Positions 1 through 12,052 are shown, counted from the stretch's first letter. The stretch is DNA of 64,000 nt from an uncultured Gammaproteobacteria bacterium (GCA_963748215.1 CAVVHS010000006.1:896001-960000), one strand, 5' to 3'. Notes: generated by a model from the sequence alone, not told the origin. Numbers and translations: made by a program.

Positions 1-5
1 ACCGT

Positions 6-91
6 GTCATTCCGGCGAATGCCGGAATCCAGTTACCGCACACTTATCAAGACTGGATTCCGGGTCTGCGCTTCGCTTCGCCCGGAATGAC
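6..91. repeat. REP-like doublet of the GTCATTCC...GGAATCCAG / CTGGATTCC...GGAATGAC family, downstream of infC
   Basis: gtcattccggcgaatgccggaatccag (6-32) and inverted ctggattccggg...cccggaatgac (53-91); the same family occurs at 2690-2716, 51843-51911 and 60441-60464. Confidence 0.8.
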
Positions 92-102
92 GGACTTATC
101 CG

Positions 103-627
103 TCACCTGTTTTTCTTCGGCGCCAGCACCATGACCATCAGGCGTCCTTCCATTCTCGGTTCCTGTTCAACGACACCGTATTCCTCGAGATCGGCCTTCA
201 CTCGCATCAGCAACTGCATGCCGAGTTCCTGGTGTGCCATCTCCCGGCCGCGAAAGCGCAGCGTCACCTTGGTGCGATCGCCTTCACCGAGAAACTCGAT
301 CAGCTTGCGCAGCTTGATCTTGTAGTCGCCGATGTCGGTACCCGGCCGGAACTTGATTTCCTTGACCTGGGTCTGCTTCGTTTTCTTGCGCTGGGTCTGA
401 AGTTTCTTGTTCTCTTCAAACCGGAACTTGCCGTAATCCATGATCCGGCATACCGGGGGTTCAGCGTTCGGCGAGATTTCCACCAGGTCCAGGCTGGCTT
501 CGCCGGCAAGGTTGATTGCCTCGCTCGCTGCCATGATACCGACCTGTTCACCATCCTCGCCGATAACCCGTACCTCGGGCGCGAGGATTTTCTCGTTGAT
601 CCGATGTAGATTCTTTTTCGCGCTGAT
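103..627 (-). CDS. infC: translation initiation factor IF-3 with non-canonical ATC start
   Basis: IF3 motifs [22 protein letters not shown] and KEIKFRP; the frame extends upstream as [14 protein letters not shown] to an ATC at 627-625 preceded by GGAGG; follows thrS. Confidence 0.95.
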   Translation of the reverse strand: MSAKKNLHRINEKILAPEVRVIGEDGEQVGIMAASEAINLAGEASLDLVEISPNAEPPVCRIMDYGKFRFEENKKLQTQRKKTKQTQVKEIKFRPGTDIGDYKIKLRKLIEFLGEGDRTKVTLRFRGREMAHQELGMQLLMRVKADLEEYGVVEQEPRMEGRLMVMVLAPKKNR

Positions 628-630
628 ACG

Positions 631-2562
631 TCAACCCTCCAAAACATTACGGCCGTGGCTCGCGATCTCGGTTTGCAGACTCCGGGCCAGCTGCTCCAAC
701 GGCATGCTGCCCAGGTCCGCACCGCCTCGCGTGCGCACGGCCACGGTACCCGCTTCCGCCTCCCTGTCGCCGATTACCAGCAGATAGGGAACGCGTCTAA
801 TCGTGTGCTCGCGGATTTTAAAGCCGATCTTCTCATTTCTCAAGTCGGATTTGACCCTCAATCCCTGATTTCTCAAGGATTCTTCGACCTGCCGGGCATA
901 GTCGGCCTGATTGTCGGTAATATTGAGCACCACCGCCTGTACCGGGGCCAGCCAGAGCGGCAGCGAGCCGGCGTGATGCTCGATCAGGATGCCGATAAAG
1001 CGCTCCAGCGAGCCGAGGATGGCCCGGTGCAGCATGACCGGCACCTGCTTGCTGCCGTCCTCGGCAATATAGTGGGCACCGAGCCGGTCGGGCATGGAGA
1101 AATCCAGCTGGATGGTGCCGAGCTGCCAGACCCGGTCCAGGCAGTCCTTCAGGGTGAACTCGATCTTCGGCCCGTAGAAGGCCCCTTCCCCGGGCTGCAG
1201 TTGCCAGTCCAGCTGCTTGTGGTCGAGCACTGCCTGCAGGGCGGCTTCGGCCTTGTCCCACAGGGCGTCGTCACCGACCCGGCTTTCCGGCCGGGTGGAG
1301 AATTTCACGCTGACCTCGTCAAAGCCGAAATCGGCATAGACCTCGAACAGCAGGTCGATGAAATCCGACACCTCGCCCTCGATCTGGTCTTCCGTGCAGA
1401 AAATATGGGCATCGTCCTGGACGAAGTTGCGCACCCGCATCAGCCCGTGCAGGGTGCCGGACGGCTCGTTGCGGGTGCAGGAACCGAACTCGGCCAGCCG
1501 CAACGGCAGGTCACGGTAGCTCTTCAGGCCCTGGTTGTAGATCTGGATATGCGCCGGGCAGTTCATCGGCTTGATGGCGTAGGTGCGGTTTTCCGACTCG
1601 GTGGTGAACATGTCGGCGTGGAATTTCTCCCAGTGGCCGGACTTCTCCCACAGCGAGCGGTCGATGATCTGCGGCGTGTGGACTTCCTGGTAGCCGTGCC
1701 GACGCAGCTGGCCGCGGATGTAGTCCTGGATCACCAGGTAGATCTGCCAGCCGTCGTCGTGCCAGAACACCATGCCCGGCGCCTCTTCCTGGGTATGGAA
1801 CAGATCCATCACCTTGCCCAGCTTGCGGTGGTCGCGCTTTTCGGCCTCTTCCAGGCGATGGAGATAGGCCTCCAGCTCCTTCTTGTCGCGCCAGGCGGTG
1901 CCGTAGATGCGCTGCAGCATTTCGTTGTCGGAATCGCCGCGCCAGTAGGCGCCGGCCAGCTTCATCAGCTTGAAGCCCTTGCCGAGCTTGCCGGTGCCGG
2001 GCAGGTGCGGCCCGCGGCAGACGTCGAACCAGTCGCCCTGCCGGTACACCGAAACCTCTTCGCCCTCGGGAATGATGTCCTCGATGATCTCGACCTTGTA
2101 GGTCTCGCCGATCTCGCCGAACACCTGGATGGCCTGTGCGCGGTCCCAGACCTCGCGCACGATCGGCAGGTCGCGCTTGACGATCTCGCGCATGCGCGCC
2201 TCGATCCTGCCCAGGTCGTCCGGGGTGAACGGGGTGTCACGCGCGAAATCGTAATAGAAGCCGTTTTCGATGGCCGGCCCGATGGTCACCTGGGTACCGG
2301 GCTAGAGTTCCTGCACCGCCTGCGCCATGATGTGCGCGGCGTCGTGGCGCAGCAGCTCCAGCGCCTCCTCATTCTTGACGGTGATGATCGCCAGTTCGGC
2401 ATCCTGATCGATCAGGTAGCTGGTATCGACCAGGCGGCCGTCCACCTTGCCGGCCAGCGCGGCCTTGGCCAGGCCCGGACCGATATCGGCGGCCACGTCA
2501 TGGACGGTGACCGGCTGGTCGAATTTGCGGGTACTGCCATCGGGAAGGGTAACTGTGGGCAT
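631..2562 (-). CDS. thrS: threonine--tRNA ligase (one in-frame TAG at 2304-2302, probably a base-call error)
   Basis: ORFs 2302-2562 (TGS domain) and 631-2289 are in the same frame, separated by [11 protein letters not shown]; motifs [33 protein letters not shown]. Confidence 0.95.
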
Positions 2563-2573
2563 GGCTGTCTCCA

Positions 2574-2600
2574 GTGGTGACCGATACGAGGGGCCACATG
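2574..2600 (-). promoter_or_regulatory. putative thrS translational operator (tRNA-Thr anticodon mimic)
   Basis: The mRNA strand reads GUGGCC-CCUCGUAUC-GGUCAC directly upstream of the GGAG RBS; the loop contains CUCGUA, like the tRNA-Thr(CGU) anticodon loop. Confidence 0.6.
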
Positions 2601-2689
2601 ATTACCAATAACAAGAAAGCATCGGCAGGCCGCTGCTTTCGGTAAATGACGGCTCGGGGGGAGCCCGGAAACCGTTTCTTCATTCAAAG

Positions 2690-2716
2690 CTGGATTCCCG
2701 CCTGCGCGGGAATGAC
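2690..2716. repeat. single REP-like hairpin (CTGGATTCCCGC...GCGGGAATGAC)
   Basis: ctggattcccgcctgcgcgggaatgac, same family as 6-91. Confidence 0.75.
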
Positions 2717-2723
2717 AGCGGGA

Positions 2724-2926
2724 TTGGTAGGCGCGATTGGATTACTCCGGGCATGGCCCAGGCCAGTCTCTCGACCCGGGCTATGCCCGTAAAAATGGTC
2801 TCACCTTCTCCTGCCCTTCGCCCCTGCGGGGCCAGCGTCGCTGCGCTCCGCTGTTCAAATCGCTCCCGGCGATTTGGTCGAACTCCGTTCTCATCCCATC
2901 GCGGCAACCGCCACGCAACAATCAAT
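2724..2926 (-). repeat. tRNA-linked repeat (RtT-like) ending in a 20-bp copy of the tRNA-Val 3' end
   Basis: ttggtaggcgcgattggatt at 2724-2743 duplicates 2927-2946; the intervening minus strand has GGATGAGAA...TTCGACCAA...GGGCGAAG...GAGTAATCC, as in the E. coli tyrT/RtT repeat (recalled). Confidence 0.6.
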
Positions 2927-2927
2927 T

Positions 2928-3004
2928 TGGTAGGCGCGATTGGATTCGAACCAACGACCCCCACCATGTCAAGGTGGTGCTCTAACCAACTGAGCTACGC
3001 GCCT
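2928..3004 (-). tRNA. tRNA-Val(GAC)
   Basis: AGGCGCGTAGCTCAGTTGGTTAGAGCACCACCTTGACATGGTGGGGGTCGTTGGTTCGAATCCAATCGCGCCTACCA; cloverleaf, GAC anticodon, CCA end. Confidence 0.97.
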
Positions 3005-3016
3005 GCGAGGCCGAAA

Positions 3017-3045
3017 ACGATACCGGGAGCGCCCGCCGGTTGCAA
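3017..3045 (-). promoter_or_regulatory. sigma70-type promoter of tRNA-Val
   Basis: TTGCAA-N17-TATCGT on the minus strand just upstream of the tRNA. Confidence 0.55.
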
Positions 3046-3126
3046 GGGATTCTCGCCCGCCAGCAGAGAGACGCTGCTTTCCGCAAAGTGCCCCCTCAGG
3101 CGCGGGATATATTTCGCACACGGGAA

Positions 3127-3228
3127 AGGGTGCGCAGAGCGCACCCTACCGGCTTCTGGATCCTGACCCTGCCCCGGACCGTAGGGTGCGTTTCACGCAC
3201 CGGGAGCGGAGTGGACGGCGCACCCTGC
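3127..3228. repeat. GTAG-family REP cluster
   Basis: ggtgcgcagagcgcaccctac (to 3149) and gtagggtgcgtttcacgcacc (3181-3201); near-identical units at 33338-33474. Confidence 0.8.
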
Positions 3229-3257
3229 CTGACGAGCGGCACAGGATCCCAACTCGC

Positions 3258-6540
<3,283 letters not shown>

Positions 6541-6678
6541 CCCGCCCTCCTCCGACCTGACCGGCCGGCATCGGTTGCTGGCCGGCGCACTGTCGCCTGT
6601 CCAGAATGAATCCGTACCCGGCGGCCGGCGACTGCTGTAACCGACCCGCATGCCGGCACAGGTGCAGGGAGGACATGG

Positions 6679-7215
6679 GTGAACAAACCGCACAGCCAGA
6701 CCGGCATGACCCTGGCGGAACTGCTGATCACGCTGGCGGTGGCGGCCATCCTCGTCGTCGGCAGCACGACAGCACTGCCGCGCTTCATCCAGGAAGGCCG
6801 CATGGTCACCGAGGTCAACCACTTCACGACCGCGCTTGCGCTCGCGCGCAGCACAGCCATCATGCAGGATCACCGCGTGGTGCTGTGCCCGAGCCGGGAC
6901 CGCAGCAGCTGCGGGAGCAGCCAGGACTGGACCAGCGGCTGGCTGCTGTTCGCCAGCGACGACCGCAAGCGCGATCCTGACGAGCCGGTGCTGCAGGCCG
7001 GTGAACTGATGGGCACCGGCATCACCCTGCACGCCGGCAACCAGCGCCGGCATATCGTCTACCAGCCCGACGGCAGCAGCGGCGGTACGAACGCCTCGTT
7101 CACCTTTTGCGACCGCCGCCATCACGCCCGGCCACGGGTCATCTGCCTGTCGAATACGGGCCGGTCCCGCCTGTCACGTCGGACCTGCGGCGGTCAGCCC
7201 GTGCGCTGCCCCTGA
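6679..7215 (+). CDS. GspH/FimT-family minor pilin
   Basis: Prepilin cleavage motif G|MTLAELLITL; LALARSTAI, VVLCPS, W..GWLLF, FTFCD. Confidence 0.85.
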   Translation: MNKPHSQTGMTLAELLITLAVAAILVVGSTTALPRFIQEGRMVTEVNHFTTALALARSTAIMQDHRVVLCPSRDRSSCGSSQDWTSGWLLFASDDRKRDPDEPVLQAGELMGTGITLHAGNQRRHIVYQPDGSSGGTNASFTFCDRRHHARPRVICLSNTGRSRLSRRTCGGQPVRCP

Positions 7216-7242
7216 AAAATCAGGCTGATCCCCGCATCCGCG

Positions 7243-7272
7243 TTGACCGAAAACCCGGAAAGCCGGTATGAT
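7243..7272 (+). promoter_or_regulatory. sigma70-type promoter of tRNA-Asn
   Basis: TTGACC-N18-TATGAT followed by a GC-rich discriminator gcgcccc. Confidence 0.6.
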
Positions 7273-7295
7273 GCGCCCCTTTACAGCTTCTCAAT

Positions 7296-7371
7296 TCCCC
7301 GGTAGCTCAGTCGGTAGAGCGGGTGACTGTTAATCACTAGGTCGGCGGTTCGAGCCCGTCCCGGGGAGCCA
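7296..7371 (+). tRNA. tRNA-Asn(GTT)
   Basis: TCCCCGGTAGCTCAGTCGGTAGAGCGGGTGACTGTTAATCACTAGGTCGGCGGTTCGAGCCCGTCCCGGGGAGCCA. Confidence 0.97.
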
Positions 7372-7488
7372 TTAATTTTCTTGCGCTTAGTGATCCCATC
7401 GGGCGGCATCGGCATGCCATCGAGTGACCCATAGACGGAAAGTCACCGAGCCACCCCAAAAACGCACCACCGCCATATAATTGAAGCC

Positions 7489-8226
7489 ATGATATTGGCA
7501 GGCATCGATCTCGCTTGGGCGTGCACAAAGAATCCAACCGCCATCGCCTTCGGTGCATACGATGGCGACACCCTTCAAGTCACCCATGTCGACGCCTCCG
7601 TGTTAACTGTGGATGACATCGTTGATCGATTCCAGAGCACACAAGATCTTACCGGCGTCGCGATCGACGCGTCGCTGATCATCCCGAATGTCACCGGCCA
7701 AAGAGCCTGCGAGCATGAGCTGTCAGCTCATTACGGCAAGATGGGCGCCTCATGCCACTCGTCCAACCTCACCCTGTACCCCGATTCGGCCAGTGTGGCG
7801 TTATCCAGGAAGCTGGAGAAGCACGACTTCAAGCATCTAGGCTCAGAGAAATGGCAGATTGAGTGCTATCCGCATCCGGCGATAATCGAGATCTTCGGCC
7901 TACCTGAGAGGCTGAAATACAAAAAGGGACGCGTCGCCGAGAAGAAGGCCGGCCAGAAACAGTTGGCGAGTCTTATATCGGGCCTCTACATCAGCACCGT
8001 CCTGCCCTTGCAGCTGGGATCAGACGTTCGAGAGCTCATCGACCCGGCCCACATTGATGCTCTGCGCGGGAAGGCACTGAAGTCCAACGAGGATATGCTC
8101 GATGCAATTATATGCCTGTACGTGGCTGGACTGTATGCGATCGGTGCCAGGCATAGGGTTTTCGGGAATGCCTCTGAGGGGTACATCTGGGTGCCGGCAG
8201 GTAAAGTCACCGGGCCAAGCGGATGA
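7489..8226 (+). CDS. DUF429-family predicted nuclease (RNase H-like fold)
   Basis: GIDLAW, VAIDASL..PN.TGQRACE, IECYPHPA, KYKKG, EDMLDAIIC. Confidence 0.8.
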   Translation: MILAGIDLAWACTKNPTAIAFGAYDGDTLQVTHVDASVLTVDDIVDRFQSTQDLTGVAIDASLIIPNVTGQRACEHELSAHYGKMGASCHSSNLTLYPDSASVALSRKLEKHDFKHLGSEKWQIECYPHPAIIEIFGLPERLKYKKGRVAEKKAGQKQLASLISGLYISTVLPLQLGSDVRELIDPAHIDALRGKALKSNEDMLDAIICLYVAGLYAIGARHRVFGNASEGYIWVPAGKVTGPSG

Positions 8227-8235
8227 CAGCTTTGT

Positions 8236-8367
8236 AATTCCGGTGACAGCACACCTATTTCTCATACAACCACTTTTTCGTCGCCGGTTTGCAACACTGA
8301 CAGGACACGCACTAACTGGAAGCACACTAATTGCTCTGAGTTTAATACGTATACTGTCCCCGGATTT
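8236..8367. mobile_element. MITE-like element with imperfect terminal inverted repeats
   Basis: tccggtgacagcacacctatt (8239-8259) matches the reverse complement of 8344-8364 (tccggggacagtatacgtatt) at 17/21 positions. Confidence 0.5.
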
Positions 8368-8368
8368 G

Positions 8369-8584
8369 TTATTTCCAACCTTGAAGCCATGCGTCACTGT
8401 TATTAAGATCCTTCCACTCTATAGGCACAGAGCGATTGGATATAACAGCCTCTATTGCACAATGAATTACGTTACCCTCTTCATCAAATTTTAGTTCTGT
8501 TATAAGAAAATGTTTTTCCTTGTTAACGGGATTTACAGCCGTCCATTTGCTATTGAGTAATTTTCTGGGATTGATTTTATTCAT
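8369..8584 (-). CDS. TIGR02450-type small Trp-rich protein
   Basis: INPRKLLNSKWTAV.P..KEKHF...W..L.....WLQGWK pattern. Confidence 0.85.
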   Translation of the reverse strand: MNKINPRKLLNSKWTAVNPVNKEKHFLITELKFDEEGNVIHCAIEAVISNRSVPIEWKDLNNSDAWLQGWK

Positions 8585-8674
8585 CGGTAATCTTTTGATA
8601 ACAGAGCAGAGGGGTTGATCTGCTAATGCTTAATGCGTGGGCTGACTTTTTTCCAAAATTAAACTTCGATGAAT

Positions 8675-9331
8675 TCACATGGTTGATTTAGGTGCCGGGG
8701 CCAACATCGGATCTGCCTTGTTTTCCAGCAGTTTGGAAAACAACGCCAGACGTTGTTTAACCGTGGGCGACTCCAGCAGTTGCTGCTTGCTATCGATATC
8801 CAGACTGAGAACCAGAATAAGATTATTAGCGACCTGTTCGATAGGTAGCTTGTCAAGGACTTCCCAGTCTACCTGCATATTATGCCGATCGAAGTAATGG
8901 CGTAAGGTTGCCTGGAAGCTTTCAATGTTTGTCGATTCAACGTCTTCGGTTTGGTAATCATGTTCGAAATCTCGCCAGTCAACTCTGGCTAGCGTATAAC
9001 CTTCTTTCTGGGGCTCTTTTTCGATTATTTTGTAACGGCATATTCCGGTTAGCATAACGTTCAGGCGTCCGTCTTTTCGTTCCCGGTATTGCCTGATCCT
9101 GCCGGCACATCCTGTCTGATAGGTATTCCATTCCGGGTTGTTGCGTTGAGGTTGCACCATGCCGATTAGCTGGTCGGTTTTAAGCGCTTTCATAAATAAT
9201 GCCAGCGCACCCGGTTCAGAGATCTCCAGCGGAAGTTCACCACCAGGCAGCAATGCATTTTCCAAAGAATAAAGGGGGAGTTGCTCGGGCAACTGATCAA
9301 AGGTTTGAGTAAATGGCGATTTGGGTTTCAT
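8675..9331 (-). CDS. LON peptidase N-terminal substrate-binding domain protein
   Basis: LPLY.L..ALLPGGELPL.I.EP, IGMVQP, GCAGRI, DGR...LTGICRY, KQQLLE. Confidence 0.85.
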   Translation of the reverse strand: MKPKSPFTQTFDQLPEQLPLYSLENALLPGGELPLEISEPGALALFMKALKTDQLIGMVQPQRNNPEWNTYQTGCAGRIRQYRERKDGRLNVMLTGICRYKIIEKEPQKEGYTLARVDWRDFEHDYQTEDVESTNIESFQATLRHYFDRHNMQVDWEVLDKLPIEQVANNLILVLSLDIDSKQQLLESPTVKQRLALFSKLLENKADPMLAPAPKSTM

Positions 9332-9382
9332 AGTATAACGATACCGCTTTCCTGCTATTGCGCAATGCGCCAGTGGTTTAAT

Positions 9383-10315
9383 TTAATTTTCGATAATCCG
9401 CATATCCTTGCTCAGCGGAGCGGTGGTTGTTGATTTTTCTTGCTTGCTAGATCCAGGTGCCTGAGGCGCAGCACGCCTTAATCGTGCTTCTACCAGAATG
9501 GCCTCCATTAATTGCTGATCATTGACCTCTGGATACATCGGGTAATATTGCTCGACCTCAAATACATGTTGCCTGGCGGCCACTTCCAGGCGGTCACGCT
9601 GATCGCTTGATAAACTCTGAAGCATTAACAGGCGCGGTGCCTTGCGTAACAGGTAACGCTGGCACAGATCATGGTCAGCTTGCTGTTGCCATTCATCTCG
9701 AACTAGCAGGCCGGGAAAATCATCCGTGTCATTTTGTTCTCTTTTAAACCAGGCAGCACGTCGATTGATGCCCGCCCGACTGGCTATCAGGCCCTGAAAA
9801 CGGTCATTCACCGGTGGTTCGCTGCGCGCCTGTTCATACTCCGTATTATCAATATCCATTTTTGAATGCGGTAAGGCCGTCCAATGGGTCTGATCGGGGA
9901 AAGTGTTCATCAGTGACTCATCACAGCAGGAGTAAATCAACGCCAGGGGAGATTCATCGGTGCCGTCGAGTAGCCAGTACTCGTAGATGTCTCCGGCAGC
10001 AAACGGTACATCCGCGGTAGAGAGAAATTCTGTCAGTTCATAAATACTTTCTGATACTTGATCGTGATCCACGCACGACGGGAAGGCGAAGGTCTTTAAT
10101 TCTCCGTTTTTCAGGCTGGCAACATGGTAATAACCTCGATCAAGCCCGTAACCTTGCACACGGAACTTGGGATCGTTTGTCTGATGATTACCTGATAAAT
10201 AATGAATTTCCCAGTTTACCCCGTCAAAACTTTGCGCACGTGCACGCTCCGACTCAGTAATCTGTACACACCCTGAAAAAGGTGGCAGCAAGCGTTGTGA
10301 ATAGGCGCGTATCAT
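9383..10315 (-). CDS. hypothetical protein, paralogue of 11180-12052
   Basis: 310-aa ORF with end-to-end shared motifs with 11180-12052. Confidence 0.8.
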   Translation of the reverse strand: MIRAYSQRLLPPFSGCVQITESERARAQSFDGVNWEIHYLSGNHQTNDPKFRVQGYGLDRGYYHVASLKNGELKTFAFPSCVDHDQVSESIYELTEFLSTADVPFAAGDIYEYWLLDGTDESPLALIYSCCDESLMNTFPDQTHWTALPHSKMDIDNTEYEQARSEPPVNDRFQGLIASRAGINRRAAWFKREQNDTDDFPGLLVRDEWQQQADHDLCQRYLLRKAPRLLMLQSLSSDQRDRLEVAARQHVFEVEQYYPMYPEVNDQQLMEAILVEARLRRAAPQAPGSSKQEKSTTTAPLSKDMRIIEN

Positions 10316-10399
10316 AGTTGTTGACTACCACAAGTGTTTTTGGGCGCACAGGAAGCATAACCCACGTATTCCGTGAGAATCCACCCGGGCACTGCACAG

Positions 10400-10590
10400 C
10401 ACCTTCGCCAGACCGGTCTCATCCGCCGGCTCCAGCGCCAGGTAGCTGTTGTACAGATCGCGCACCAGCAGTCCCTGGCGCTCCAGGTACTGCCCGGTCC
10501 GTTCGCTGATGGTGTAGAAACAAGATGTTCCAGTTCGGCCCGGTCTGGCGTCTTCAGCCGCTGGAAACACGGCTGGACAGGACTGGATGT
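10400..10590 (-). pseudogene. IS91-family transposase fragment
   Basis: FQRLKTPDRAELEHLV / TISERTGQYLERQGLLVRDLYNSYLAL over two frames; resembles an internal IS91/ISCR transposase segment. Confidence 0.65.
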
Positions 10591-10693
10591 CTGAACGCAG
10601 AGAACGTTTAATGTTGAGCTGTGTAAAATACTTATACCCTGCAAGCAGGTATCAACGATTTATCGAATCACTGAAGCATATGCTGAATAGAAA

Positions 10694-11026
10694 ATGAGGA
10701 ATAAAATCAAACAATTCGTATTGGTTTATCTGGGCGGTAATCAGCCATCCAGCGAAGAAGACGCCAAAAATCACTTTAACAAATACACGGAATGGTTATC
10801 ATTGCTCGGTGATGCCGTTGTTATTCCTACCATTCCATTAAAAGATACAATCACCGTAAGCCCTGATGTATCTGTACATGAAGGTGGCAGTAGTGCCATG
10901 TCCGGGTTCTCGATTATTAAGGCAGACTCAATGGAAGCTGCACTATCGATAGCACAAAGCTGCCCTTTTCTGGAAATTGAGGGTTCACTTGAGGTATCCG
11001 AGATGATGCAAATGCCTGCTCAGTAA
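10694..11026 (+). CDS. YCII-related protein
   Basis: FVLVY.GG, W...LG, SGFSIIKADSMEAALSIAQSCP, EVSE. Confidence 0.75.
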   Translation: MRNKIKQFVLVYLGGNQPSSEEDAKNHFNKYTEWLSLLGDAVVIPTIPLKDTITVSPDVSVHEGGSSAMSGFSIIKADSMEAALSIAQSCPFLEIEGSLEVSEMMQMPAQ

Positions 11027-11179
11027 TAGATTAATATGAGCCACTTTTTCTATGCCTTGATTACTGATGGTATATTTCTGGCGATGATCAACAAAAGAGC
11101 AACAGTGATTCAACCGGCAGGTCTGCGGTTCACGAATGTATCCGGTCAAGTCATTTAAACAGTAAGGAAAGTATTACAG

Positions 11180-12052
11180 ATGCTCAGAGCGTATTCCAGG
11201 AGATTGCTGTCGCCTTATGTCGGCATGGTCCAGGTTGTTGAACTGGGCTGGGCACGGGCGCTGAGTCTTGACGGACAAAATTGGGCCATTCGTTATACCG
11301 AGCACGAAAACAAACAAACCAGTCATGCACGCCATAGTCATGATCCGAGAGTGAATCTTTCCATGATATTGAGTATCAAGGACGATCAACCAAAAACTCG
11401 CGTCATACGATTAGCCATGGATCCCGAACAGGTACGCCAGGACAGCGAGCGACTTTTCGAAGTGCTGCTTGATATCACCGCACCATTAAAAGCCGCTGAC
11501 TGTTACGAGTACTGGCTTCTGGATAGCCATGATAATAAACCGCTTGCCTTGTTGCATTCCTGCGTTGATGAAGAAGATATGCATAAGCCTGTGCCACATT
11601 CCGAGTGGTTTGCCGCCATCCCTGCCGCGGAACTTGCGATTCCTGACCCGGACGCTTCTGATACGGGACTCTATCAACCACCGGTTAACTATCGCTTGCA
11701 ACAGTGTATTGAAGAAATTGCCGGCCCTAAGCCACAAGCATCCTGGTTCAAACGCACAGAGCCGGCCACGGTCGATTTACCACCCTGCCTGATGAATGAT
11801 GGATGGGGAGACCCGGAATACCAGAGACTTTGTGATTTATATTTGCAGCGGCTCTCACCACGCTTGTTAATGATGCACAACCTTCCGCGCACGACCAGGG
11901 AAAAACTTGAGCAAGCCGCTGTTAAATACGTATTTGAAGTAGAAATGTATCATCAATTGTATCCGGAAGTGGTCGATAACACGCTGTTGAATGCTGCTCT
12001 GGTTGAGGCCCGCCTGAAACGCACTAACGATGGAGAACCCCAAAGGTCTTGA
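11180..12052 (+). CDS. hypothetical protein, paralogue of 9383-10315
   Basis: 290-aa ORF with AAGGA upstream; shared motifs RAYS.RLL.P, YEYWLLD, PRLLM, VEARL. Confidence 0.8.
   Translation: MLRAYSRRLLSPYVGMVQVVELGWARALSLDGQNWAIRYTEHENKQTSHARHSHDPRVNLSMILSIKDDQPKTRVIRLAMDPEQVRQDSERLFEVLLDITAPLKAADCYEYWLLDSHDNKPLALLHSCVDEEDMHKPVPHSEWFAAIPAAELAIPDPDASDTGLYQPPVNYRLQQCIEEIAGPKPQASWFKRTEPATVDLPPCLMNDGWGDPEYQRLCDLYLQRLSPRLLMMHNLPRTTREKLEQAAVKYVFEVEMYHQLYPEVVDNTLLNAALVEARLKRTNDGEPQRS

Noticed and set aside
2302-2304. Amber (TAG) reassignment suggested by in-frame TAGs in thrS and at 51481 and 51741
   Set aside because: Many conserved genes here end at TAG at their expected C-termini (rpsA, pheA, serA, gyrA, the HAD phosphatase); the others lie in an otherwise decayed gene
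2724-2946. Integrated island at tRNA-Val because of the 20-bp 3' duplication
   Set aside because: Only about 200 bp with no genes; better explained as a tRNA-linked RtT-like repeat
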